A stretch of DNA of 64,000 bases from Octopus sinensis (lineage: Eukaryota). Each line of letters starts with the position of its first letter. The stretch's first letter is position 1. The notes below the pieces were generated by a model. That model ran no database searches, was not told the DNA's origin, and worked only from the letters and a program-made list of their open reading frames with translations. Shown here in pieces: positions 51,729-64,000 of this stretch. The translations under genes and the position numbers were made by a program. The stretch covers positions 46,066,001 to 46,130,000 of the forward strand of contig NC_043000.1 in NCBI RefSeq assembly GCF_006345805.1. Direction: 5' to 3'.

Positions 51729-51989
51729 TACATACATACATACATACATACATAAAGTATATATGTGTATGTCTAGATATGCAAGTATATGCATGGGAAG
51801 ACATACATAAAGCAAAACATACAAATTTGGACGTATACATACAAAAGTACCCTGTTGTTAATGTTAAAATTCCAATGAAGGAGCCTTGGATCTAGGCTAG
51901 AAACCAGCTCTTTCCCTATTGGCAAGAAATCATGAAATAAAACTGAACAATGACATATATGTGTATATGTATATATCTATCTATCTATC

Positions 51990-52027
<38 letters not shown>

Positions 52028-52079
52028 CATGCATATATACATAGAAATGAGTAATTTATATGATTTTAACCTAGTTACC

Positions 52080-52450
52080 CTTTGTGTATTTAGATTCCTC
52101 TTAAAACACTATTATCCATAGATTCATAATCTATTTAAACATAATTTTAGCTCTTATTATATCATTCGCCTGAAAAGTATGTTCCCACACAGCATTTGAT
52201 TTCTAAAAATTCTTAAATTTCTCATGCTCCTTAAAACTTTAAGATTTAAGTAACTCTTTTATAAATCCTTTAGATCAACTCTGATGAGAGAAATAGATAT
52301 GATTGTTATGGTTGGAATTAACTCACTCATACCAATCTATGTCTTCTTGAAATGGCCATCAGACTTTGCCCCTGCTCAAGATTCCTTTTAAAATCATTTA
52401 AACCAACATTCTTATCTATTTGGATTACTGCTATACATTCACCATCCGCA
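52080..52450 (+). mobile_element. Penelope-like pLTR relic adjacent to (TA)n
   Basis: Contains a hammerhead motif with intact core; AT-rich flanks similar to the other PLE ends. Confidence 0.45.
52279..52362 (+). ncRNA. Type I hammerhead ribozyme candidate with intact catalytic core
   Basis: ct-CTGATGA-gagaa/atagat...atctat/ttctt-GAAA-TGGCCA-TC-ag; palindromic helix III, NUH = AUC; helix I only 2 bp. Confidence 0.5.
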
Positions 52451-54564
52451 TGTTTTAATAATCCACATTGATTTTAATACAGACATATAATCTCACATGT
52501 ACATTTATGTATTCACATATTTATATATTTATAAATTTTTATTTTATATCTTGTGTTTATGAATGCACCTATGTATGCTGTAGCATATTCTGGTGTTTTG
52601 AAATATATTGAGTGAATATGAACACTGACCTTTGAAACTTTTTCTCTCTTTCTTGGTTTTATAATTCCTGAGGCTCTACCAGAGTGCTAATTACTTGTGG
52701 TTTATAAGGGGATAATTAACCCATTTATTTACTCGTTATTCTACATAGAAATGTATATATACATGCACATATCTTCAGATATATGTGTATATGTGCCTGT
52801 GGGTGCGATGGGCTTCTTTTAGATTTCATCCACTAGATTCACAAATGCATTTACAAGGTTTTAGATTCATAAAACAAAAAAAAAAATCATGTTTTTTTCA
52901 TAAGCTCTAGGAATTTAAACCAGCTCCAGAGCTTTAAATGGATAACAAACATTTCATTCCCAACTGTTTGTAGTCATAGAAAATTCATCCCACCTTAGTT
53001 ATGTAATATTAGTACCAAATGTAAGTTAATTGTTAACATGAATTATAAACAAGATAACTTTTATGCAGTATCACTATTTGACCATCAGAGACAACTTTGA
53101 GACTTATAAACTTGAATTATTCAGGTCTCTTAACATTTGTTTTTCTTTAACACAGTGTTTGCCAATGTTTGCTATGTTGATAATATAAATGTTTACAACC
53201 CCATTAAGTCTTATTTAGTAGAAAAAAGAAAACCAATTAATGTATAATGGCCAGTTCTTTTACAAAGACTAATTTAGTAATAATATAATATATCGGAATT
53301 GAGTAAAGTGCCAGAAAATGATCCCCAGTTCACCTTGCTACGTGTATTTTAATTTTAATGATGTTGATATTGATGATTATCTCTTAAAAAGTATGTCTTC
53401 ATTAACTTACTAGCTAATTAGCTTAACTTATTAACTACTTAACTACAGTTAATATTAAATTTATTTCAAATTTCTGCTTAGTATGCTATTTCCTAACAGT
53501 TCTGCAGGTATCAAATTTTCTATCTATGAAACTACAGTTGTGTGCTAAATTTCTTTCACATTTCAATTTGAAATTAAATTTATTAATATTAAATTTGTAA
53601 ATATTAAATTCGTTTTAAATTTGAGTTCAGTTTACTAATTTTCATAACCTTATTTTTTTACTAGGTGGTTTTCTAATTATGAATTTGGGAATTTATGAAT
53701 TAAATTTCAACTTGGTATTAAATTTGTTTCATTTAAGCATTAATTTATTTATAAATTTCTCTTTAATTTAGCAATTTCTTTAACATGCCCTTACAAGTTT
53801 TCCTGGTTATTAATTGTAAGGGATGAATTTGTATGTGAGTAGAAACTGTTTGGCTAATTTACTGCTGATGAAATAACCAGAAATTATTTAATTGGTGCTC
53901 AAAACTGGTTTGTTCACATGCCTTTTGGAAACTTGCAACTTCACAGATAACACACAACATGAGTTTTATAAATAATACTACATATATTTTATTCTTGAAC
54001 CAATACAGCTTCATGTTATGTAAGTATTTAGATAACATGGTAGTGCTGAATTACCAATAATAATCAATCCAGTTAGGACACTATAGAACCATAGTGAAAA
54101 TGTAGTGAAAATATAGCCACCTGCAACACACCAAGGATAATAGGAACTTGAAATAAAAATTTGGATGTGCTATAGCTACAGATGCATACTGCATAATAGG
54201 GAAGTAATTAGCCAAGCTAGAGGAGACTTGAGAAGCTAAGTATGATAGGAATACAAAAATATAAAAAGAGTAGAGACCCCCTTTAGTCACGAATGACTGC
54301 ACCTAAAAAGTCCAATGTACAAGTCAGGACAAGATTGTTTATGGAAGACCAATAGTCACCACCCATGCTTACCAGCCACTCCTCTCCATGCCACTGATGT
54401 TATCCAAGGGAAGGGAAAAGGCCAATACGGCTTGGCACCAGTGATGTCACAACTCACTTCTACAGATGAATGAACTGAAGTGACATGAAATAAAGTGCAT
54501 TGCTCAAGAAAACAACACACAAAAATATAGAAAAACAGAAATTATAGTAACCTTCGAGAGTTGA

Positions 54565-55462
54565 TTAGTAATATTGGTTTTACAGTTTGGCACAAGGCTG
54601 GTAATTTCAGGGTAGGGAGTAAGTTGATTACATTGACCCCATTGTTCAAATGGTACTTATGAACCACAGAAGATGAACTGCAAAGTTGACCTCAGCAAAA
54701 TTTGAACTAGGAATGTGAAGATAGACAAAATGCTGCTAAGCATTTCACCTGGCAGGTTAATGATTTTTATTTCTTTACTGCCCACAAGAGGCTACACACA
54801 GAGGAGACAAACAAGAAGAAACAGACGGATTAAGTCGATTATATCGACCCCAGTGCTTAACTGGTACTTAATTTATCGACCCTGAAAGGATGAAAGGCAG
54901 AGTTGACCTCATCGGAATTTGAACTCAGAACGTAACTGCAGATGAAATACCTATTTCTTTACTACCCACAAGGGGCTAAACATAGAGAAGACTAACAAGG
55001 ACAGACACATGGATTAAGTCGATTACATCGACCCCAGTACGTAACTGGTACTTATTTAATCGACCCTGAAAGGATGAAAAGCAAAGTCGACTTTGGTGGA
55101 ATTTGAACTCAGAACGTAACGGCAAACAAAATACGGCTACGCATTTCGCCCGGCGTGCTAACGATTCTGCCAGCTCACCACCTTTATGATTCTGTCAGCT
55201 TGCCACCATAAGGAAATTAGTAATATTGATTTCAAATTTTGGCACAAGGCTAGCAAGTTCAGGGTATGGGGTATGTCAATTACATCGACCTTAATACTTA
55301 GCTGGTACTTATTTTATCAACCCCAAAAAGATGAAAGGCACAATTGACACCTTAGCAGAATTTGAACTCTGAATGTGAAGATGGGTGAAATGCTGCCAAG
55401 CATTTTGCCTGGCATGCTAACAATTCTGCCAGCTCACTGCCTTAAAGTAGACTAGTAATATT
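54565..55462 (-). mobile_element. Nested/tandem cluster of four family C SINE units
   Basis: Tail-2 copy split by a tail-1 dimer (54766-55185, TSD atgatt); second tail-2 copy 55229-55445; tagtaatatt at all three outer junctions. Confidence 0.85.
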
Positions 55463-55857
55463 AATAGTGCACTTAGGTTAAAGCTAACAGGTTAATTTTT
55501 AATATTGTGTAGGAAGAATATGTTGTACATGTGTAGACATTGTATCATAACATTAACTCATTGGTTAAAGAGATTTCATTTACACCTATATAATAAATAT
55601 TACACTAATAAGTATAATTGGTGTATATCATTAAACTTTGAACTAATTAGTTGTAAGCCACTTTCCAATATGTTGTTATATGATGTCCACATAAGTACCG
55701 CCCTTCCGTCCAATAATATATTAATTGTTAAACTATTAGCTATAAACTTTAGTGCCCAAAAAATCCTACAGGTTAACTCTATAAAATGTAGACCCCTCTC
55801 CACTGGTTAATAAAATTCTATATTTCTATTTCCCTACTCGATCTTTATTTGATTATA

Positions 55858-56355
55858 CAGGATGTCCCAAAATTAAGGCAACAGAAGTTTCAGGCTTTAA
55901 TAACTATCAATAAATGTGATAAGATACGAAAATTGTACATCGTTATAAATGCTTGGTGTGTCTTCTTTTTGTTTCAGACTAAATAAATTCATATTTATAA
56001 ATTAGATAATGGCTATAAACCGAAATACAATGATAATCCTCCACAAAGTAGGCAAAAGTAATACAACTTTGGCAAAAAAGCCTAAAAGCAACCAAACAAC
56101 AGTCTCAAAAATTGTCAACAAGTCTCAAGAGCCTTGTTTCACCACCAATTGACCTGGACATGGCCGAAAAGGAAGTGTGCAGGCCCCCTCACCTTATCAA
56201 AAGCACCAAGAAATGATACAGTGAAATCCTTGTCACTCCATCAGAAAACTGGCTGCTATGGTATAAATAAGCCAAACATTGGTGTAACAGCAGCTGAAAG
56301 AGGATCTCATGGCCCACTCCTACAAGATGATCTAATGTGTCAAAAAATGGAATAA
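55858..56355 (+). mobile_element. 5' fragment of a Tc1/mariner (DD37D-like) transposon
   Basis: TA + caggatgtcccaaaatt terminus; MAINRNTMIILHKVGKSN...TTVSKIVNK...RPGHGRK HTH remnants. Confidence 0.7.
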
Positions 56356-56437
56356 GTAGAATATAAAATGCTTCTACTTATTTATTAGCTATGACATATT
56401 GTTTTCATTGCATCTTCTTTGGGTAGCTTTTAAATGA

Positions 56438-56679
56438 CTGTGATGTAATTACTCTAACATATGTCTTCAACATGACCTTTTCTGTGACTTTATCTTCTGC
56501 CTCCACAAACGCCTCAAAATATACAAAAAATATCGTAAATATTGTAGTTTAACAAATTCAGAAAATGTTTCATGTAGATGTAAATTACTGTACACCCCTG
56601 TCTCTCTCCTTGTAGAGGCCAAAGATAAAGACACAGGAAAAACATGTTGAAGTTATATTTTAAAGTAATTTCACTGCAG
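56438..56679. repeat. Imperfect inverted repeat, about 70-bp arms, about 99-nt loop
   Basis: 56438-56509 is the reverse complement of 56609-56679 at about 77% identity. Confidence 0.85.
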
Positions 56680-56912
56680 TAATTTGAAAGGTACCTGAAG
56701 ATGCAATGCAAACTGTATTTTATTGCTAATAGATAAGTAGAGGCATTTTTCCCCTCCTATTTCCATTCTACAATGGGTTTGTAGAGACAGTGGATATTGT
56801 CGCAGAGTTCTAAAATTTTATACCAGTTATTTTGATGTCCATTCACAACTTTTCTGCACTACTCCCGTCACAAAATCAGAAATCATGAAAAGGCACTTTA
56901 CCCTAATGTGCA

Positions 56913-56943
<31 letters not shown>

Positions 56944-57344
56944 CTCACACACACACACATGCACACACGCACACATACATGTATCATTCAATTGTAGAAT
57001 TCATTAGATTCTAGGTATTTTAACATGCATGATGCCAAGAACAGTTGGTTAGTGAACTTTGATTATATGAATATATCCAGACAAACATATATACATACAT
57101 ACACACACATATATATACAGCCTAACACACAGACACACACAGACACACACACCACACATACACACAAACACACACACATATACACATACACATACCATCT
57201 ATATATGTGTGTGAGCATGTCTATATATATAAATATATACATACATAAGTACCTTATCCAATGTTTGTTGTAGATCCAGCCTTAGGTTTATTCCAGGAAT
57301 GGCATTTGTATAAAAGAAGACAAATAGAGTTATCACCATTTCAG

Positions 57345-57436
57345 AAGTTTTTACTGATGAATACTTTGATTACATCGATTGCATCAGACCAAAAACTTTG
57401 CCCTCATCAAATGATTTAAAAAATAAAATCATATAG
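57345..57436 (+). CDS. Candidate 92-nt exon (phase 1: -VFTDEYFDYIDCIRPKTLPSSNDLKNKII*) ending in TAG at the donor
   Basis: accatttcag acceptor, TAG|GTATGT donor; 29 open codons. Confidence 0.35.
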
Positions 57437-57504
57437 GTATGTAAGGAATTCGAGTCAACCTGGCATGATGTAGTCCAAGTAATCAAAGTATTAATCAATA
57501 AAAA
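57348..57504. repeat. Inverted repeat, 39-bp arms (57348-57386 / 57466-57504)
   Basis: Central 14-bp perfect match aatactttgattac / gtaatcaaagtatt; 33/39 identity. Confidence 0.85.
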
Positions 57505-58133
57505 TGGCTGCTGAAACAGCTGTCAAGAATTCTTCAACTCCACTTGTGTTCTTTCATCAAGCCAAGTCAAATTGTCGTTGTGGCCATTGCCAGTGTCATA
57601 AGCATGTCTCTGTCTATGTTTGTCACCCCCCACAACCATTACATGTTGGTGCATTTACGTCTCTATAACTTAGTGGTTCAGTCAAAGAGACCGATCAAAA
57701 AAGTACTAGGCTTACAAAGTGTAAGTCTTTGGGTCGATTTCTTTAACTAAAAGGCAGTGCTCCAGCGTGGTTGCAGTCAAATAACTGAAACAGCGGTACT
57801 TTTGTGGATATCATATAACAACATATTCAGAAGTGACTTACAACTAACTAATTCATAGTTTAATGATATACAGCAAAAGAATACAAGAATAAAATAATAT
57901 ATATAGATACATTATTGTTTGTATATATATGTACACATATATTATTTAATAACCTCGATATATATTTTCATGAGTTTCATGCGATGAAAACATCTCAGAC
58001 AGCATTATTAACATGTCTGGTGCTTTCACATAATCTTCAGGCTATGCCAACATGGATAACAAGTTAAAGCAGAATGATAGGATAGGAGACAAAAAAGAGA
58101 AAATATACAGTGTAGCATCACAGAACTGTACTA

Positions 58134-58158
58134 TACATACATACATACATACATACAT

Positions 58159-58189
<31 letters not shown>

Positions 58190-58261
58190 TACATACATAC
58201 ATACATACATGCATACATACATACATACATACATACATACATACATACATACATACATACA

Positions 58262-58290
<29 letters not shown>
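58134..58290. repeat. (TACA)n microsatellite
   Basis: Direct reading. Confidence 0.95.
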
Positions 58291-58293
<3 letters not shown>

Positions 58294-59487
58294 ATGTACA
58301 TATGCTTTTATAAAAACAAAATGACACCATACATAAATAAAAAATAAAAACAGAATAGCAATTTAGAAGTTTGAAGAAAATATTTTATTTATGCTGTATA
58401 TTTTCTGACCATCTTTTTCAAAATCCAATTTACTATGAAATGTGTTGGTTACAAAGTTTGGTTTTGTTTTAAATTACATGCTAAAATTGTGAAATAATCT
58501 TGAATTATTTTGTCAGAATTTACATGTACCATAAATTCTTATATGAATGAAATATATCTATATATTTAAATATTGCAGTTACTTACGTATGGATTTTTTT
58601 TCTTCTGAACATTATTTTGAATTTGACAATAAAGTGTTAATGGTAAAGATTTGTATAAACGTTGAAATATTGTAAATATGTGACTATGGAGAGTGGAGCA
58701 ATACATATGTGTGTGTTTGTGCATGTGTGTGTCTGTGTGTTTGTGTGTGTGCATGTGTCAGTGCTTGTGTATATGTATGCATATGTATGTTTGTATATGT
58801 ATATATATACACACACACATATATATAACATTATGAAACATGTGTATACATATATATATATATGCATATATACACATGTATAAATAACAAAAGTTTAAAA
58901 GATTTTAGTAGTGATAAGTTATATTATATTTTACTGCTGCTACTACAACTACTACTACTTGTAGTAGTAGTAGTAGTAGTAGCAGCAGTAAGATGACAAG
59001 GCCTATATATGACTAATACTACTACTTAAGTCTTTTTTGTAGCAAAAGTACTTTCATTGTAATATTGGTTTCTTTAGCATAATAGCATTTTCTAATTCAG
59101 GAAAACATTAACCATATCACATAAACTTAGCCCTCCACTAAATTCTGTAAAACATTATCATATCATCGGATAGATTATTTCATTCCGGTTCAAGGAGAGA
59201 GAGAATATAACGACTGTGAAAGAAAAATTTAAGGAAAAAGTACGAAAATAAACATATTTTCACTATGTAATGTAAATTTGATGTTTATCTAACAATATTT
59301 TATATGAACTGAACAAAACAATGGGTAAAATATTTTAGATGAATGCATATACATACATACATACATACATATATATATGTACACACATATATACATACAC
59401 ATATACATATATATATATATGTATGTATGTATAAATATATATAAATATATCCATGTATGAATGTATATATATATATATATATGTATA

Positions 59488-59527
<40 letters not shown>

Positions 59528-59621
59528 GTATATATATATGTATATATATATATTTATATATATATATATATATATATTTATGTATATATATATGTATATA
59601 TATATATTATATATATATATG

Positions 59622-59654
<33 letters not shown>

Positions 59655-60214
59655 CCATAGATATACGTATATATATAAATATGTTTGTGTGTTTTATATG
59701 TGTATGTGTGTGTCTGTGTATGTGTCTCCTAGTTGAGCATACCTAAAGCATATACATTAAACTGGATGTTAACATGTCTGTGCAATCTTAACTATATTTT
59801 ATTGAAATATATTAAAATGTGTGATTACTATCATATCTATAATTATAATCAGCATTATTATCTTTAGCACGGATAGTGGTGAATGGAGAGGTGTAAGTGT
59901 GATGGTATCATCCTTGTCTTTTTCTCTGTCTATGGAAGTGTGCAGGCTTTGTTTATTTTTTAATATCTAAAAATGAGAGAATTAAAACAAGTGATACATG
60001 AATGGGATGTACTGGCATATTTTTAGAATGACTGTTGATTGATAAAACAGTTCCTCTGCCAATTTAATAAGTATTTTCAGTGTAACTGGTCAGAAACAAA
60101 TAGTGACTAGTTTGTCATTTCATAAATTTAATCCACGAACATAGTTTGAACTGGTTAACAAAATTTACCAGATATACAAGATGATATCGTTATCAGTTAT
60201 ACCATGTTATTCAG

Positions 60215-60282
60215 AATATTAAAATCAATTTTACTGAGAAGGAAGCCTTGTTCAGAAGGACAGAGTTTATCGCATGGTGCCG
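60215..60282 (+). CDS. Candidate 68-nt exon (NIKINFTEKEALFRRTEFIAWCR)
   Basis: gttattcag acceptor, CCG|GTAATT donor, phase 0-2, open, G-rich relative to flanks. Confidence 0.35.
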
Positions 60283-61327
60283 GTAATTATGTCTTTTACA
60301 TTTATTTCAACACGAGATAATGCCAACACTAGATAATTTAGTTTGTGAAAAATTCCGATTACTTGTAATTTCATATAAATGCATGGATTGTGCCTGTTTT
60401 TTCCTGTATGCTTGTGAGTGCTTGTTGCAAGTTTTACTCAAGCAATTCAATAAGATCCTTTTAGATTTTCCATTGTGTTTCAATCCTCTTACCAAAATTT
60501 AAACTGAAGTCAGAATCCTATCTTTAGTATGTGTAAGTACATATGTTTGTGCATGTTCGGTTGGAGTTATAGTATTTCAACAGCACAGTTTTTACATCTT
60601 CGAAGAGAATTTTCTGTATTTTTGTTATGTAAAGTTATGGTTTTGAATAAATGCAACATTCTGTTAAAGTTGCAAAGAAAATATAACAGCATTTCCTTAT
60701 CAATAAAATAAGCTATTCTGAAAACTATTCATAGATATTCTAATTCATGGTACAAATTTAAATTCTTTGTCATTTTGAGAGATATTTTTTCTGATACATT
60801 TAAATAAGGATTCTTTGGCCAAATATGAACTGAAATTAAGGGAAAGAAATAGCTACTCTAAATGTGAATGAGAAGAAGGAGGAAAAATTAAATTTCAGAA
60901 AACATTTGTTAACAGTAGAAACTGACCTCATTGTAAACTAGAAAAAACAAAAAAACAAAAACAAAAAGAAGCATATTTGAGGAGATCAATTTGCAAGCAT
61001 CTGAATTTTACATTCAAGACAGGTATCATAGATTTTATCAAATTATAAAATAGCTGAAAATAATACCAATATTCTTTAACACTGATTTCATAAAATATAA
61101 AAAGTTTTTGACATTGACAAATTGTCATTTGAGGAATTGCATTTGAGAAACTGCAAAAAATAGAAGAGGAATACAAAGAAAAACAATTTAAGAAGTTTAA
61201 AAAACTAGCAGGAATATGTTTTAGTGTGTTAAACATATACCCAAACTCAGTGTTACTAATAAGGCTTCCACCTTGGATACAGGCTTCAGAAAGGGTACAG
61301 TATTGACTTTCAAACCTCATAGTCTTA

Positions 61328-61738
61328 TACTCTTTTACTCTTTTACTTGTTTCAGTCATTTGACTGCGGCCATGCTGGAGCACCGCCTTTAGTCGAGCAA
61401 ATCGACCCCGGGACTTATTCTTTGTAAGCCCAGTACTTATTCTATCGGTCTGTTTTTGCCGAACCGCTAAGTGACGGGGATGTAAACACACCAGCATCGG
61501 TTGTCAAGCAATGCTAGGGGGACAAACACAGACACACAAACATAGACACATATATATACATATACGTATATACGACAGGCTTCTTTCAGTTTCCATCTAC
61601 CAAATCCACTCACAAGGCATTGGTCGGCCCGGGGCTACTGCAGAAGACACTTGCCCAAGGTGCCGCGCAGTGGGACTGAACCCAGAACCATGTGGTTGGT
61701 TAGCAAGCTACTTACCACACAGCCACTCCTGCGCCTAT
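61328..61738 (-). mobile_element. SINE family A, young full-length copy
   Basis: CpG-rich reverse homologue of 4627-5057. Confidence 0.9.
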
Positions 61739-61929
61739 ATGAATTATCTTTTTAAGAACGAAAAGAAACCCACTAAAATGACAAGTTTATATCATTGTTA
61801 GTTCATAATCACGTTATTATTTTCAGTATTAACAATAATGTTAAACTTAATTTACTACTAATCAGAGTAACCACATATATTTCTGTTTCAGCAAATATAT
61901 TTCAGCAAAAACAACAACTAGGCAAGAAG

Positions 61930-62240
61930 AATTGGTAACAAATCTTGCAATACACGATGCCTTTCATGCTAAACCTGTCCTTCATCATATACAAATGATG
62001 AATTATACAATGCTGGCAATGGAAAATTGTTTACAGCTCATAGAATATTTACCTGTTTTTAATACTATAACATGGATATACATTTGTACAGAGCTAAATG
62101 GCATGGCTTACTATATAGGAAAATATATCCCAAATAATCTTATGCAGCTTCTAGTTGGAAATATAAAATAACAAATTTGAAGACATAGAAATTCAGCTGA
62201 ATATAATTCAATTATTCCTGACTGCATTCCTTATGTTAAC
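61930..62240 (+). mobile_element. Very degenerate Penelope-like GIY-YIG fragment
   Basis: CNTRCLSC...RIFTC, then IYICTELNGMAYYIGK resembling the IY...YIG motif. Confidence 0.45.
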
Positions 62241-62412
62241 CATAATGTGTAAAATAACAATGATTGTATTTTCTATTGTTGCATTCTGTTAAGTGAGACT
62301 AAAAGAGTTTAAATGACAGAAATTCTTTTTAGAAACTTGAGCAAATGGGATTACTAATTCGTATTTTGTGTAGTCAATGATATGATGATAAATGCTATAT
62401 GAAAGGCAAAGG

Positions 62413-62638
62413 AAGGCGGTGAGCTGGTAGACACATTAGCACGCCGGGCTTAGTGGTATTTCGTCTGTCGTTACGTTCTGAATTCAAATTCTGCCGAGGT
62501 CGACTTTGCCTTTCATCCTTTCGGGGTCAATAAATAAAGTACTAGTTTCGCACTGGGGTCGATGTAATCGACTTAATACCTTTGTCTATCCTTGTTTGTC
62601 TCCTCTATGTTTAGCCCCTTGTGGGCAATAAAGAAATA
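62413..62638 (+). mobile_element. SINE family C, tail type 1
   Basis: Homologous to 29512-29745. Confidence 0.9.
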
Positions 62639-62955
62639 TATAAGAAGATGGACGGATGGATGGACAGATTGTTGGCTAGTTGGTTAGTTGTTTCTTTCAT
62701 TACAAGGTACAACCTTTTTTTCTCAAACCAAAGCTACAACAAAATAAAAATGCTGATTCAAGTTTAAGAGAATAAGTCTACTTAACAGACTGAAAGTACG
62801 AAGAGAGTTTTTTTAAAAACCTTCAACAGATGACACTGAGACTGCAGAGTAAGTAGACACGTTACTAATGTTTCTGTTGATATGAGGGTCTTTGTCATTC
62901 TGCTAGTGTCAATGGCAAGGGATGAATGTTGTTTCTCATTATTTGATTAAGCAAG

Positions 62956-63384
62956 GGTGGCAAGCTGGCAGAATCATTAGCATGCCAGGCAAAATGCTAA
63001 GCAGTATTTCGTCCATCCTTACATTCTGAGTTCAAATTCCACTGAGGTCGACTTTACCTTTCATCCTTTCGGGGTCGATAAATTAAGTACCGGTTATGCA
63101 CTGGAGTCAATGTAATCGACTTAATCCCTTTTTCTGTCCTTGTTTGTCCCTTCTATGTTTAGTCCCTTGTGGGCAATAAAGAAATAGGAATCATTAGCAT
63201 GCCAGGCAAAATGCTTAGCAGTATTTCGTCCATCCTTACATTCTGAGTTCAAATTCCACTGAGGTCAACTTTGCCTTATATTCTTTTAGGGTTGATAAAT
63301 TAAGTACCAGTGAAACACTGGGGTCGATGTAATGAACTAGCACCTTCCCCTAACATTTCAGGCCCTGTGCCTATAGTAGAAAGG
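62956..63384 (+). mobile_element. Family C tail-2 SINE (18-bp TSD) containing a nested tail-1 body
   Basis: attatttgattaagcaag at 62938-62955 and 63385-63402; 62971-63049 repeated at 63188-63266. Confidence 0.85.
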
Positions 63385-64000
63385 ATTATTTGATTAAGCA
63401 AGTAAATCAACTGAACATATCAAGGGCACTCCTTAGATTGAATTCACAAAAGAGAAGGCAAATTGAAATTTTGATGTGTCTGATAATTATATTTTGTATG
63501 AGTTTCACATTTAACAACACAATTCACAAGGTTGATACCTCTGACAAGTAGATTATACTCTTTAACTCTGTTTCTTATTCATTCCTCTCTCTGCGATGAA
63601 GGAGAATAGTATGACATCATGATGCATAGGCTAAACCAAGTAACCTTCAAATATATAGAGTTTTAAAACTTTATGAAGCAAAAGGCTTTAATGCTGTGTT
63701 TCCCTTGGCAGGAGTATTCATTCTGCCAAGTATCCTTAAGTTCAAAATTATTTACGTGCCAAAATATTTTCTTTTGTGTTTGAAAAAAATATTCAAAGTC
63801 TGAAGCTAGATAAGAAATAACAATACTTTCAAACACAGATAAAATAGCATTTATATTATTCCTAAGTCAATAGATTGAACGAACAAATATATCAGACTTG
63901 GCATTAAATTTCTTTCTCCTCTACTCTTGACTACAAGGGTGATAAATATGGGAAAATGTTTTCCCTTCTATCAATAAAACCTTATTCTTGAAAAACAAAA

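Noticed and set aside
52974-53124. Two in-phase exon candidates (52974-53020 and from 53069)
   Set aside because: Intervening intron would be only 48 nt and the second donor is weak
60928-61497. 189-aa minus-strand ORF
   Set aside because: Starts within a SINE and runs through AT-rich DNA that on + looks like stop-riddled coding debris (possibly hAT); not a gene

Overview
AT-rich, repeat-dense eukaryotic non-coding DNA, inferred to be Octopus (coleoid cephalopod) from its tRNA-derived SINE repertoire, RTE LINE 3' ends with (GAT)n tails and very dense microsatellites. No intact protein-coding ORF, RNA gene or CRISPR array is visible; nearly all tracked ORFs are microsatellite read-throughs or transposon debris. 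The window looks like large intron(s) or intergenic DNA. A few short splice-site-bounded candidate exons (mostly + strand) could belong to a host gene I cannot identify. Supported elements: many SINE copies of several modular families; RTE, CR1-type and R4/Dong-type LINE fragments; several Penelope-like (GIY-YIG) relics; a full-length degenerate Tc1; mariner and Tigger MITEs; a probable hAT relic. Best leads: (i) minimal hammerhead-ribozyme relics next to Penelope-like fragments; (ii) two adjacent long fold-backs at 56.4-57.5 kb that overlap candidate splice sites, one placing a UAG acceptor adenosine opposite C (possible ADAR-controlled splicing); (iii) SINE-into-SINE insertion at the same head position twice, once with a 79-bp target duplication; (iv) head/tail module swapping among SINEs; (v) a young CpG-rich unclassified element with 357-bp direct repeats; (vi) candidate micro- and poison exons. 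All coordinates were read by eye and element boundaries are approximate.
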